A stretch of DNA of 64,000 bases. Origin: the human T2T-CHM13v2.0 reference genome, Homo sapiens. The position numbers were made by a program, and so were the translations under genes. Each line of letters starts with the position of its first letter. Within the stretch, counting starts at the first letter, position 1. Below are positions 46,331-59,799 of this stretch, one piece after another. The notes below the pieces were generated by a model. It did not search any database. It saw only the letters and a program-made list of their open reading frames with translations, and was not told the origin of the DNA. The DNA is taken from NCBI RefSeq assembly GCF_009914755.1, contig NC_060947.1; one strand, 5' to 3'.

Positions 46331-48235
46331 CAGACTGTTGGAGTGAGAAGTACAACATACTGTCTTACCAATAAACAATAATTTAACTGGAGAAAATGAT
46401 TTTTGAATTATTTAATATTTCCAAAAATTGTCCTAAGAGCATACAGATGGAGAAACATGCATTCAAGAAAATCTACTAGATATTAGTAAAATAGTGAGAA
46501 TTTTTGCAGTTTAGCCATGGACAATTCATTGCCATACACACTGTTCCCCATGCTTTTGTAGCCAAGAAGATGGGGCTTACTCTCCCCCTATTCCAAGGTC
46601 TAAGGCTACATTTTCTCTTAGGAGGGTGTAGGTCATCGGCATTTCCCATCTTCTGGTTCCATGTTGCAGAAGCCCTATTCCAGGCAAACCCAAACAAGAA
46701 GTCTGAGGGTCTCTTCTGCAGAAACTTCACTTGGAAGGTGAGAAGCTCTGCCTCAAGGCACAGCAGACAGACAGGACTGGACTTTAATCACCCCAACCCC
46801 AGATCTCTGACAAAGTAGAGGTTATATGCTGGGAGAGTCAAGACAAGAAGACCAAGGTTTATCACAATCCCCAGCATCTGATCAAAGAGCAGGGCGACAC
46901 TTTAGTAGAAGCAGGTTTCTGTCCCCACCCCCAGCTCTTGTTCAGTGGTGCAGAGATTCTTCCTAGGAGGAAAAATAGGCCATAAGGGAAAAAGAACTCT
47001 GCAGTTATGCCTGAGAGGACTGACTTTATATGGAACTGAGGAGGGAGAACTTCATGCTTAGTGGCATTGTAAAAAACAATGCAGATCTTAGTGGAGAGCA
47101 GTTACAAGGGCAATCCTATCTCCGTTATACTAGTAGCAACAAGTCAAATACCATGTGAACAAGAAGTTTAACAGAGGGAATCATAAAGACAGCCAAGAAA
47201 AGCCTTCCTGGGACCACAGGCAATGCTGGGAGTCAGGAAGTCTGTGCGCAAGTGATAGCTAGGCTATGCCCACTCGGGGCCAATAGAAAAATTATGTGGG
47301 CAGACTTGAAAATATTTCCCAAGTCACACATAGATCAATCAACGAAGGTTGAAAAATCTCCCTGGCACTAGGCACTTAAGCCACAATCATTTATCAAACA
47401 GTGCCTGAACAATAAGCTCCTTGAATTCAGAAGCAACTTCAAGAAAGCCAAATAAAAATATGGAATCAGATGCATCCCTGGCTGTTTTGAAAACTGTGTG
47501 ATGCCTGAAGTTGCACCCTTTCATGAAAAAATAATTTACTGGCCTATTACTGAACATGGGGCAAAAACCATAAACACCCTGAATAGCATTCTCCAACCCA
47601 CTCACATATCCAATAGTAAAGGACAAAAATATAACCAGAAAGGAAGCTTAAGCAGAACCTTTGACCAATAAGAGGCTTATGGTGACACAGTGCTTAGGTA
47701 ACCAGGATAAAATATAAAAACAAGAAAAAATATTTTGAACATGGTTGTCAGAGGCCACACACTGTGAAGTAAATTGATTTCACAAAATTAGTTAAGCCAA
47801 GTCATTAAACAAATAAATAAATATCCAATCTCACAATAACAACACTCCCCAGTGGGGAATGAGAGGGACCAGTATTCAAGTTACTAAAATATCCAGTATT
47901 CAACAAAAAAGTATGAGGCATGAAAAAGAAACAGTAAAGTATGGCCCATACAGAAGAAAAAGAAAAAAAGTTAATAGAAATTGCCCAATGAAGAAGTCTA
48001 GATGTTGGGCTTAGAAGATAAAGACAGCTATCAGGTGTCATAAATATATTAAATGAACTACAGGAAACTATGTCTAAAGAAGTACAGTTTGAGAACAACG
48101 GCTTAGCAAATACAGAATATAGAGACAGAGATAATGCAAAACAATCAAATAGAAACTCTGCAGTTTAAAAACTAAATGAAAATTCACCAGAGGAGCTCAA
48201 CAGCAGATATAATTATACAGAAGAATCAATAAACT

Positions 48236-48456
48236 GCAGCCTGGGAAACATGACAATGAACTGCAGCCTGGGAAACATGATAAGACCCCTTCTCTACAAA
48301 GAAAATTGAAAAATATTAGACGAGTGTAGTGGCATATGCCTGTGGTCCCAGCTACTAGGAGGATGAGGCAGGAGAATCACTTGAGCCCCAGAGGTCAAGG
48401 CTGCAGTGATCTGTGTTCATCGCTCTGTACTCTGCCTGTGTGACAGAGTGAGACCC

Positions 48457-48484
<28 letters not shown>
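48236..48484 (+). mobile_element. 5'-truncated AluJ
   Basis: cagcctgggaaacatga...gaggtcaaggctgcagtga...poly(A). TSD aatcaat(a/g)aact. Confidence 0.85.
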
Positions 48485-48487
<3 letters not shown>

Positions 48488-48593
48488 TCAATGAACTAGG
48501 TAGATCAATTGATATGTTAAAACAGAAGAAGAAATGTAATGAAAAGTGAAGAAAAGATATTATTGTCAAACTTTTGAAAACCATTATGTACAG

Positions 48594-48985
48594 TGTTAAA
48601 CAAAATTATATGAGGTCATTGTTTTGGACCGAGCTCATGTATTAGGCCAAAACAGACCAGATCACATCAAAATAGAGTCACTCATGCTAAATGTGACATA
48701 ATCAAACTGAAACTTTAAGGAAGCAGCTAGATCCTAAAACAGACCAGGTTTTGTTTTTCTCCTGTAAACAGGAGATTCTGACACAAGGAGGTCCTCTAAC
48801 TCTTATTAAAGATTTATCTAATGTCCTTGTTCTCACCTCATAAAAATCCATTGTTCTGCTATTTTCCAATGGAATTTGAAACAAAATAAGTACATTTACA
48901 ATGGTGACAGGCTGACAGAGTGACATCAATGCCTAAACATTTGGTCAATATATCTAAATTGAGAGGATGACCAAAAGGGGACAAC
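48594..48985 (+). mobile_element. MER101-like ERV1 LTR segment followed by a polypurine tract
   Basis: tgttaaacaaaattatatgaggtcattgttttggac.... A near-identical start recurs at 49831. PPT gagaggatgaccaaaagggga at ~48961-48981. Confidence 0.6.
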
Positions 48986-49384
48986 TAGTAAATTAAGTTT
49001 AGCCTAAAGCTGCCTCCTTACATATTCTAAGATCAGCCTAAAGGTTTCTTTGTACATTGAGGAGGGTAACCTAACTGTATGTGTAAACAGACTGTAACTT
49101 ACTCCTGTGTTAAGCACTGAGTTTTGCCAATCAAAGGCAGCCAGTTGTTCAAATCATGTTCAAATAAGGCAAGCAGCAGTCTGAAACCAGTCCCGCTGTT
49201 TCTGTATGTTACTTCCATTTCCTGTACGTCACTTTGCTTTTCCTGTCCATACATCTTCCATCACGTGGCTACACTGGAGTTTCTCTGAGCCTACTCTGGT
49301 TAAGGAGACCACCTGATTCATGAATTGCTCCTTGCTCAATTAAACTGTGTTATATTTAATTTGCATAAGGCTTTCCTTTTAACA
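48986..49384 (+). mobile_element. MER57B-like LTR
   Basis: taaattaagtttagcctaaagctgcctccttacatatt...gctcaattaaactgtgttatatttaatttg...ttttaaca. Confidence 0.85.
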
Positions 49385-49453
49385 GATTTCACATGGAGAA
49401 ACACATTGGGTATTGTAGTGATTCATTTGTGGGAGAATTAATGAACAGTCTCC

Positions 49454-49750
49454 TTGGTTAAAGCAAGCATATCTATCTCATTCTTTGATATATTTTATTT
49501 TAGTTGTTTTGGATCATGGGAAGCCGGGCTAAGGAGCATACTTCAAACTCTCGGTATTATCCTCCTGATAGTCATAATAATAGTCTCCCTGGTGCACTGT
49601 ACTCTCTCTAAAGTTTTGAATGTCTGCATGCAATCATCTAGAATGTCAAATGGACTCTCTTCAACTGTAATGACAAAACTCAAAGAAATGCATGACCATG
49701 AGAACACCATAACCAGTGAATTACCTGCTGAGACCAGAAACTCAAAATGA
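49454..49750 (+). pseudogene. ERV1 env transmembrane-subunit C-terminal remnant
   Basis: The ORF contains SW..GLRSILQTLGIILLIVIIIVSLVHC, a hydrophobic membrane anchor. It lies just upstream of PPT aggagggggaaat and an LTR start at 49831. Confidence 0.6.
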
Positions 49751-49830
49751 GGGTAAACTGAGAGTGGTGCGAAGGCTCTAAGTTTGGTCACACTCTCACC
49801 TAAGTAAGAACTGGAACAGGAGGGGGAAAT

Positions 49831-49999
49831 TGTTAAACAAAATTAAGAGAGGCCATTGTTTTGGATGGAGCTCATGCACTAGGCCCCAACAGATCAGATC
49901 CAACTGAAATGGAGTCACTCATGCTAAATAGGACACAATCAAACTGAAACTCTGAGGAAGCAGATAGGTCCTAAAACTGACCAGGTTTTGTTTTTCTCC
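49831..49999 (+). mobile_element. Truncated second copy of the MER101-like LTR start
   Basis: Direct repeat of 48594-48762, ending abruptly at ...ttttgtttttctcc. Confidence 0.75.
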
Positions 50000-52900
50000 A
50001 ATTTAGATATGTAGCACTGATAAAATTTGACTTGAGCCATGAAGTTTATTCAAATTGAGTATCTAAACAATTTCAGTACTGGATGATTTAGCATGAAAAT
50101 CTGGCAAAGTATTTTGTTGAAGTTTAAATACTTTGCCAAATTTTCATCTGGCTTTGCAGTTTTATAAACCAGTCAGTCTCTTCATAAGAGTTCCAGGAAT
50201 CCTTACCCAGTCCAATTAATATGATCCTAAAGTTATCAGAAACCTGTGTTTCAGAGTGCTTGTCAGGGTCCTTTTCATCCTTTTCATGAACCTCCTTGAA
50301 GACACAATAATCTAGCATTTTGCTTCCTTGTGAAGTTTTCAGAAATGGCATCAGAATAACCAATTAATAAGCAATTAACTGTGGAAATAAAATAGTCATA
50401 AAGGTACAATTGACAAGGAAATTTGGTTATTTCTGTGGCCTACAATAATTTAGCATAGCCATGATTCTGAGTGACAGCATATACCCAGGCACATCAGAAT
50501 TTTTAGGAATCTTATATAACATTGGAACATATATTAATAACATATTCATTAAAATATAACTCAAAGAAGGTTTAACATTTTTATTTGACAGTGTTTCCCA
50601 TGAAATCTAACATATTAAATAATCCTGTTTATCTATCTTTTGAATGCTCCACGGCCCTCTGTAGCATTCCAAATTTAAAGGTCAAAAAATGACTTAATTT
50701 TGAAGTCGAAATTTCATTTTGGGAAGCCTGTCAAATATGTTAAAGGTTTAAAACACTTAACCAAAATAGGATTGTAGGTCACCAAGAAACAATAGACATT
50801 CATTTAGCTAAACTGAAAATAAGATTTTTAAGAGTAAAAACCTTTACTCTTGGATCGAGGAGACACAGGTTTCCAAACAATCAAAGCACCTGAGAAAGAC
50901 AGCATAAGACAGAAATTGTCTCTTTTTCTCTCCACTCACTTTTTTATTTCATTTTGTAATTTACTCAAAAGGTAAACAAAACATTTTACTTTCTTATTAC
51001 AAATGCATGAAATCTTTGTTCAAAAGATAAAACCAAATTTTACTTTTGTATGAGTATAGTATCAATACTAAGGCTAATTTTAATAAAACCTTATAAATAA
51101 ATCTATCAAATCTGTCATCTTTTGACTCCATAAGATTTCCATAAATCTTATATACTCTCATAAATTTTTAAAACTCTCCTTTTAACTTTATATATTTTAG
51201 TTTTATCTATATCATTTTTATTCATTTGATTTGAAATAATCTTTAAGTAACTTCAAACTAGACAAAATTTTTTAACAAACACCCATTTTCATGACTTTAT
51301 AATTTCCCTCACCAAAAGCATTTCTTGCTTTTGTTTATACACTATGCAGAATTTTCTTACGTCTAGCAGTTTTAATTAAATATATTAACTACATTAACTC
51401 TTAGTAACCATAATTTCTAGTGAAATTTCTAGGAAGTAATTTTGAACTGTTTTATATCAGTATTTGTAGAGAAAAAGCATTTCGAAACTTATTTGAAATT
51501 TATTTTTGGAAAGTTTTGTTAACAGATCTAAATATAATTAGCTTTTACATACAATAATAACCTTGCAAGGTATATAAACAAGCTCATATTTAATAAGTAA
51601 TATTTCAGTATTTTAACTTACAAATGACTCAGACATTTTATGATTATCTGTTACTTAATTTAACATATCATGACTTTAATATTTTAAATTACTGAAAAGA
51701 ATCCTGAAAAATATGACGCAGGTATCCTCCCTAATGTCTTCCCCAGTCATCCTTGGTCTTAAGTAGCCATATGGCATCCAAAATGGTTAGGAATGGCAGG
51801 ACCTCTCTTAGTCGTGAATTTATACATCTGGTATACAGCTGACAACAGGAGACAGAGCTGTGAAACTGATACCTGGAAGATCAAACCCCTCTCAGAATAG
51901 CCAGGAGGCAAAGCTGGGGCAGGCAAGAAGGAGCCATATTGGGCTTGATTCTGATTTGTAACTGCTGGTTTAGACACTGAGAACGTGTCTCCAGACCTCA
52001 CTATAGCCACCTATACAGGCCCCTGAATCCAGAGGCTCAAAACCAAAAACTCACAGTCATGTCAAGAAAGTATCAGATTATATTTAATTGATAATTTAAA
52101 GCCATTTTACTTTACCAACAACTTAAAAAACTAGCTTTATATACCAAATATTATCATATACACATAACGTATATAGACATGCAAACACACAAACTGAAGC
52201 AGATCTTATAGCTTTCATAAAGGATTCTTGTTTTCCCACTTTTGAATAGTTTTTCACCTCATTCAATCAATATTCCAATTACATGTTTCATTGCTCTAAA
52301 CAATAGTTAGCTAAGCAATCCTAAATTTGCATTTCCAAAGAGACCATTCTTAGGTGAAAAAAGGTAGACAATTTATATCTCAAAAGCATGGAGCTAAGAC
52401 CTCAGGCCTAAATATTGTACCATCATTTGCTCAAAACAACTAGAAAATGGTGTAAGTAAAATTTTAGTTAAGACAAGATGGCCAGAAAATCACCTTAAAC
52501 AATGTTATGACTTGATATGTAAATTTAAAACAATGATAAGAGTTAGAATTCTAATACCTTTACCATTAAGGGTATTAGAAACTCTTATGGGTAAGGGTAT
52601 AAGAAATATAGGAATTTACATCTATAAAGGAAATCTCCCCTTGTCGAATACTCTTACAAGTGGAAATTTCCTTTATAGATGTAAATTTCTTTTTCAAAAG
52701 GGCTTAAAGATAGCCAGTTAAATAGCAGAGAGGTGTATTTTTGTTTGATAGGTGGTCTTTCTAACTTTGCTAGTCATTCTTAGCTACAATTACTGAGTTC
52801 AGAATGGAGCCCATTAAAGAATAGGGCAAATAAAGCATTCTCTATGCCAGGATGTAACATGGATAGATTTGAAAAAGAAGCAAGCTTACTTTATCTGAGG

Positions 52901-53803
52901 ACCTATCTTTTATAAGCACTTTATCTAGGATAGCTTTCTTTTCATCTTTGGGGAGGGATAGTAACTAAGCCAAAAGATTAGCATTTAATTTTTCTTCTCA
53001 ATTAGTCACTTAAGCTTTTTACTTGCCTTTTATAAAGTACTTTTTAAAGCAGTAAAAATATTGAAATCTTTTTAGAAGCTTTTGCACATGAATAGGCATC
53101 CCTGAATGAGATTAATTCAGGAGCCCTTATTTTCAAATGCACTTTTTAAAGTGCAGTGTTGTTCACATGAAGTGCTCCAGTATAATGTTAAATTACATTT
53201 AGTAAGATTTTGCCTTTTATGTAAGTATTTACTGCTTCCAGGGACTAATACTTACACATGTGTAAGCCAGAAGATAGAGTACTCAGTTCTTTAAAAATTA
53301 AGGACCTCATTTTTATTTGAATATTGACTTTGGCTCTCAGATCTCTTCAATCAACTTAGCTAATATTTTTTTCCCAACTCAAGCATGTAAGAAAAAGAAA
53401 CAAGGGGGTAAAACACAAAAGTCTCTGTGAATTTCCAAAAGGTAAAGTTTATACACCCTGCAGGATTACTATTTACTACACGTTTCTGTCTGACCCTGTC
53501 AGATATTTGAAGCCTCTAACTGGATTCAAGCTAGTTAATTACTGGATCAAATTCTATCCTGGACCCAGTCCAGTTTCTGTTGTAACTTTTAAACCCAGTT
53601 TGGAAAAGAAATTTGCTCAGACAAACTCAGATATCTCAAAGACAAATTGGTGGAGCTTCAGAATCTAAAATAATTTATCCACAATCCCCCATTGCTACAA
53701 AAAAGTAAGGAACATACTGGGCCTGGCAGGTATCTCATTTGATCACCCCATGCTCCTAGTGATTGCTATAATCTTTACTTCAGATCCCACTTCTGATACC
53801 ATC
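50000..53803 (-). mobile_element. MER57/MER4-group ERV1 non-coding internal region with a tRNA-Leu primer-binding site (PBS)
   Basis: AT-rich MER4-group internal sequence. 53783-53801 gatcccacttctgatacca reads as PBS TGGTaTCAGAAGTGGGAT on the minus strand, complementary to the tRNA-Leu 3' end. Confidence 0.75.
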
Positions 53804-54206
53804 TGTTAAAAGAAAAACCTTAAGTCAATCAAATTTAACAGAGTTTAATTGAGCAAAGAATAATTCATGAATCAAGCAGCCTCCCAAATCAGAGTAGGCT
53901 CATTAGAGACTCCAGTGTGCCACATGATAGAAGAAGATTTTATGGACAGAAAAAGGAAAGTGTTGCACAGAAAATGGAAATGAGATAAAGAAAAAGCAGA
54001 ATTGGTTACAGCCTGGGGTTGCCTTATTTAAAGATGATTTGAGCAGTTAACTGCCTTTGATTGGCCAAAACTTGGTGATTGGCACACGAATAGGTTACAG
54101 TCTGTTTACACATCTACTTAAGTTACAGTTCACTATGTACAGAGAAACCATTAGGTATAACTTAGAATATGTAAGGAGGCAGCTTTAGGCTAGAATTAAT
54201 CTAACA
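53804..54206 (-). mobile_element. MER57B-like 5' LTR
   Basis: Inverted homolog of 48986-49384 (tgttaaaagaaaaacct...gtaaggaggcagctttaggctag...ctaaca), adjacent to the PBS. Confidence 0.88.
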
Positions 54207-55116
54207 AAAGTAAACTTATAAGAGCAACAGCTGGTCTCTCCTTAAAAACAATAGAGATCAGAGTGAGTTGGACAACATATTGAAAGTGCTGGAAACAAAC
54301 CAAGAATAGTATATCCAGAAAAATTATCTCTCCAAAATAAAGGCAAAATAAAGACATTCCTAGAGTAATAACAGCAAGAAAATTTGTTGCCAGCAGATCT
54401 AGCTTTAAAAAATTAGTAAGGGAAGATTTCAGGCTTAATGCAAGTGATGCCAAACATTTATTCAAATCCACACAAAAACCAAAATGCACCAGCAAAGGCA
54501 ATTAAACAAGATGCTATAATTGCATATTTATTCTCCTGTCTTAACTGATTTAAAAGAGTAACTTCATAAACAATAGGTACTAAATTGTATTAAAAAGCTA
54601 AAAACATATAAAAATATATATTTGACAATAAAATAAGAAGTAGGTAGCAGAACAGCTGTATTGAAAGTAAAAAAATAAAGCAGTAACTCCAATCTACAGA
54701 ACTAGAAAGGTTAAATAAGAAGGTTAATATAAAAAAATCTATAAATTTATATTTGTTTTCCTTTCTTCATTAAACTTATTCAAATTACATACAGAGAAAT
54801 TATGTAAAGTAATAATAAGATATTATTGGGTTTGTAACATATATAATTATATATAGATAGCAATAATAACATGAAAAGGGAAGTGAATAGAGCTATATGC
54901 TATTAAAGTTTTATTATTTCATTGGAATTGTTAGTATAAATATGAAGTAGATTTTGATAAGTTAACTTGTAAGTTCTAGAGCAATTACTAGGAATTAATT
55001 TTAAAATAAAATGTTACACTAAAATATTCATTTAATATCAAAGAAAGCAGTAAAGAAGGAAGAGAAGAATAAAAAGTGACATTCAATATATAGGGAAAAA
55101 ATGATAGATATAAATC

Positions 55117-55573
55117 TGTGGGGAAAGTCCCTTGAAACAAAAGCCTCTCCAGAGGCTAAGGCATTAGGATGGCTACTAAGAAGAGGAGAAGGACAAAGGA
55201 ACTCTCCAAGGGAAAGAGTATCAGAGAAGGACTTATGTGTTTATGTGTTTTAACTAAGCCGCATAGCAGGAGTCTCTGTGTCAGAGAGCTCTGAAGGGCA
55301 ACAGCCTCTTTCGAGTTTTCATGTCCTGGGGCTTATCTTATCTGCTGCTAGCAAATGTTGGGTGCAGTTTTGTGGGCTATACAGAGCAGACAGTCTCTAA
55401 AGGGCTAAAAATGTGTTTATTTAGACTGCGTTTGAAAATCACTGGATTTGTAAAAATTTGTTTGGTGCCAGTGGCCTTTTGAGCTAAAAGCTAACATGTC
55501 TCAGCCTGCAGTGAAGAAATAAACAACCTAGGGGCCAATGCACAGAAACCACCTTTGTTTCACTTATATAACA
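55117..55573. mobile_element. Probable solo LTR, family not determined
   Basis: A ~450 bp GC-richer block beginning tgtggggaaa and ending ...taaca interrupts the L1 near the ORF2 start. Confidence 0.5.
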
Positions 55574-56564
55574 ATAATTTATTCAAAAGTCAGGAATTAA
55601 TCAGAATGGATTTTTTTAAAAGACAAGATTCAACTATATATTATTTAGAGGAGACATTATTTAGATTCAGACATACAAATACTTTGAGAATAAAAGTGAG
55701 TAAAAATATATTTTATGCAAACAGCAATCATAAGAGAGCTAGAGTGATTATAATATAAGACAATAGAGCCTTTAAGACAAAAATTATTACTAGAGATGAT
55801 AAGAGAATCAACCCGTCCACAGAAAAAAGAATGATAAACATATATTCACCTAACAACAGGGCCCCAAAATACCTGAAGCAAAAATGAACAGAATTGATGG
55901 GAGAAATAGACAATGCAGCAACTCCAGCTAGAGTTTGAGACTTTATTCCCCCACTTTCAGTAATGGGTAAAACAACTAAATGGAAAATCAGCAAGAAAAT
56001 AGAAGACTTGAATGAATGCCACCGTAAATCAAGTAGATCTAGCAGATATTTATAGAACACTGCACCCAATAACAGCAGAATACATATTCTTCTCAAGTGG
56101 AAATGACTATATGTTAGATCAGAAAATAAGCCTCAGTGAATTTAAAATAATTGAAATCAATAACAGAAAGAAAATTTGGAAAATTCATAAATATGTGGAG
56201 GTTAAACAACATACTCTTAAATGGCCAATGAGTCAAAAGAAATCACAAAAAATTACAAAATACTTTGAGATTAATGGAAATGAAAACACAACATAACAAA
56301 ACTTCCAGGGTGCATCTGAAGCAGAGCTTATAGGAAAATTTTTAGCTGAAAGTGCCTATATTAAAATAGAATAAAGATATCAAATCTATAACTTAACTTT
56401 CAAGCTTGACAAACCAGCAAATGAAGAACAAACTAAACCCAATACAATCAAAAGGAAAAAGAAAATATACTAGTGCAGAAAAAAAGAGAATATAAATAGA
56501 GAAAAATCAAGAAAACCAAAGTAAGTTTTGAAAAAATCAACAAAATTGACAAACCCCTAAAATA

Positions 56565-56880
56565 TTGCTGAACTTCAAAAATATTATGCCAAGAGAAAGA
56601 AGACAGATACAAAAATAGCATGTCGCATGATTCCATTTATGTAAAATATTCAGATCAGGTAAATGTAAAAATAGAAAACATAATAGTACTTGCTTGGGGG
56701 TAAAGGGAGAGAGGAGTGGAGAGTGGGGTTTTATTTTGGAGTGATGAAAATATTTTGGAACTACATAGAAGAGGTAGTTGTACAACATTGTGAATGTACT
56801 CAATGCCAGTGAATTGATCACTTTAAAATGGTTTATTTTATATGAATTTCATCTCACATTTTTTAAAAAATAAAGAAAAA
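56565..56880 (+). mobile_element. L1MB 3' fragment nested in L1 ORF2
   Basis: catgattccatttatgtaaaatattcaga...gtacaacattgtgaatgtactcaatgccagtgaattg. aaacc is repeated at the flanks. Confidence 0.75.
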
Positions 56881-58077
56881 CCAAAAACCTTTAGATAGAT
56901 TGACAAGAAGAAAAAACAATATTAAATTCATACAAATCAGAAATGAAAGAGGGAATATCACTACCAGCCTTATAGAAATTATAAAAGATTATAAGGAAAC
57001 ATTAATACTATGAACAACAAAATATATGCTAACAAATTAGTTAAATTGAATGGACAAATTCCTAAAAAGACAAACTACTGAAGGAATAGAACATCTATAT
57101 AAACCTATAATAAGTAGAGAGATGAGCTTTGTAATTTTTAAAAACATCTTAGAAATAAAACACAAACCTAGATATATTTACTGGTTACATCTACCAAACG
57201 TTTAAAGAAGAATTAATACCAAACTTTCACAAACTCTTTCAAAAAATAGAAGAGGAAAGAATGCTTCTCAAATCATTTTATGAAGCCATTATTACCCCAA
57301 TACCAGAAGCAGGTAAAGATATAACAAGAAAATAAAACTAAAGACCAATATGCCTTATGAATATCAACACAAAGCATTCAACGAAATACTAAGAAAAGTA
57401 ATTGAACAACATTATCAATATGATTATACACCATGACCAAGAGAAACATACAAATTTCCAGATTTCAAGAGGTACTAAACAGCTGCAATATTTAAGAGAG
57501 TGTGGTACTGGCATATTGATAGACATATAGATAAATAAAATAGAACCGAGAGTCCAAAAATAATATTAATGTGTCTATCTACGATCAGCTGATCTGTCTA
57601 TTATCAACAAAGTTGCTAAAACAATTTAATGGAGAAAATAGTGAAAACAGTCTTTTCAACAAATGATGCTGGGGCCACTAGATACCAACGCGCAAAAGAA
57701 TGAGCTTGAACCTTTTCTTTATGCCATCCATTAAAAATTAATTTAAAATGTATCATACACCTAATGTGAAAGTTAAAACTATAAAACTCGTAGAAGAAAA
57801 CATAAAAGTAAATCTTCACAACTTTGGATTAGGTAATGGTTTATTAGATACAACACCAAAAGCACATACACACAAAAAGAGATAAATTGAGCTACATAAT
57901 AATTATTGATAAAAAGTTTAGCACTGAAAATTATTGATAACATTAAGAAAGTGAAATGACAGCATACAAAATGACATGAAATATTTGCCAATCACATACC
58001 TGATAAGAAGCTAATATTCAGTATATAAAGTATTCTTAGAACTCAAAAATAAAACTATAACAAATAGATTAAAAAAA

Positions 58078-58395
58078 TGGTTACCAGAGGCTGGGAAGGG
58101 TAATAGGGGATGGTGGAATAAGGATAGTTAAGCAGAAAAAAAAAATAGAAAGAATGACTAAGTCCTATTATTTTATAGCACAATAGGGTGACTATAGTCA
58201 ATAATAACCTAATTGTATATTTTAAAATAAAAAATATAATTGGATTATTTGTAACTCAAAGGATAAATGCTTGAGGAAGTGGATAACCGTTATCCATGAT
58301 GTGCTTATTTTACATTGCATGCCTATATCAAAACATCTCATATACCCAATAAATATATACACCTACTAGGTACCCACAAAAATTTAAAAAATAAT
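58078..58395 (+). mobile_element. L1MA2-like 3' UTR fragment
   Basis: tggttaccagaggctgggaagggta...tacccacaaaaattt. TSD attaaaaaatgg. Homologous to 45238-45560. Confidence 0.85.
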
Positions 58396-59129
58396 TAAAA
58401 AATGGTCTAATGTTCTAAATATACATTTCTCTAAAAAAGATATATTAATAGCAAATAAGCACATGAAAATTTGCTTAACATCATTAGCCATTTGAGAAAT
58501 GCAAATTAAATCCACAATGAGATGCCACTCTACACCCACTAAGATGGCTTTAATGAAAAAAGACAGAAAATAACATTTTGCTATGATGTGGAGAAATTGG
58601 AGCCCTCATACATTCCTGGTGATATTGTAAAAAGGTGTATCCAATGTGGAAAACTATTTTACAATTACTGAAGAAATTAAGTGTAGAGTTACTCTATGAC
58701 CCAGCAATTTCACTCTTAGGTTTATACCCAAGAGAATTTAAAACATATGTCCATGTAAAAACATGTACACTTTCATATAAATGATCATAATAGCCAAAAG
58801 TGGAAACAACACAAATATGAATCAATTGATTAGTGGAAAAATAAAATGTGGTGAATCTACACAATTGAATATTATTCAGCCATAAAAGTAAATGAAGTAC
58901 TGATACATGTGAAAACATGAATGTACCTTGTAAACATTATGCTAAGTGAAAAGTAGCCACTCACAAAAGACAATATATTATATGATTCCCTATACATGAA
59001 ATGTCCACAATAGGTAAATCCATAAAGAAAGAAAAATTAGTGGTTGCCAGGAGTTGGAGGGAGATGAGAATGGGGATGACTGCTAAGGAGTAAAGGATTT
59101 CTTCTTAGGGCAATAAAAATATACATAAA

Positions 59130-59793
59130 TAAATTATTAGCATAAATTTCACTATTCATCTTTATATGTGTCACTGCCTATTTGAAATGCAAATTGAAGA
59201 ATATTTAAGTGATGTTCAACATTACTGAACTAAAACAATTCACATTTTGTAGCATGTACATTCATATGTATTTTGTTCTTACCATAACAGTAGAAATGCT
59301 GCACAAAACTGACTCAACTCTTTGTATTTCATGTATTAATATACACAGTTTTCCCAAACACTCTCCACCTTTAGCATACTGATTAATAAAGGGGACTAAA
59401 AAGAAAATAAACTACGAATTTTCCAATCTTATTTTTTCTTCTATGTAATCATCTTCAGAATGGTTGGCTAATACAGAGAAATAACATGAATGTGAAAGAA
59501 TATAATAGGATTCCTTGGTCTTTAGTGTTTCTTAAAATTGCATTGCCCTCTTCTTGTGTTAGAAGGAATTTCTGGGCCTGGCACAGTGGCTCATGCCTGC
59601 AATTCCAACACTTTGAGAGGCTGAATGGGGAGAATTGCTTGAGGCCAGGAGGTTAAGACCAGCTTAGACAATGCAGCAAGACCCTGTCTCTACATTTTTT
59701 TTATTTAAATAAGTAATTTCAGTATCAGAAAACATGGCTTATAGGAGCTGTCTGTGCTGTCACTTTGTCACTCATAGATGTAAACATGCATAC
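59130..59793. mobile_element. Charlie4-like hAT DNA transposon fragment, interrupted by a FLAM
   Basis: tggttggctaatacagagaaataacatgaat...ataggattccttggtc continues after the Alu monomer. Confidence 0.5.
59574..59710 (+). mobile_element. FLAM_C-like Alu monomer
   Basis: Left-arm monomer ending gaccctgtctctac. TSD aag(g/t)aatttc. Confidence 0.8.
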
Positions 59794-59799
59794 TTTCTC

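Larger units (their letters stand above)
46330..59125 (+). mobile_element. Old L1MB/MC-type element (5' region, ORF1, ORF2, 3' UTR), host for several nested insertions
   Basis: ORF1 remnants at ~47900-48590 and 54207-54440. ORF2 endonuclease remnants (ORFs 55555..55758 and 56012..56296 DIYRTLHP). RT remnants at ~57000-57440 and 3' UTR at ~58400-59125. Confidence 0.7.

Noticed and set aside
49454-49750. Domesticated env (syncytin-like) gene
   Set aside because: Only the membrane-anchor tail remains. The start is non-ATG, and there is no signal peptide, SU domain or fusion peptide.
53783-53801. tRNA-Leu gene
   Set aside because: Only the 3'-terminal ~18 nt are present, next to an LTR. This is a retroviral primer-binding site.
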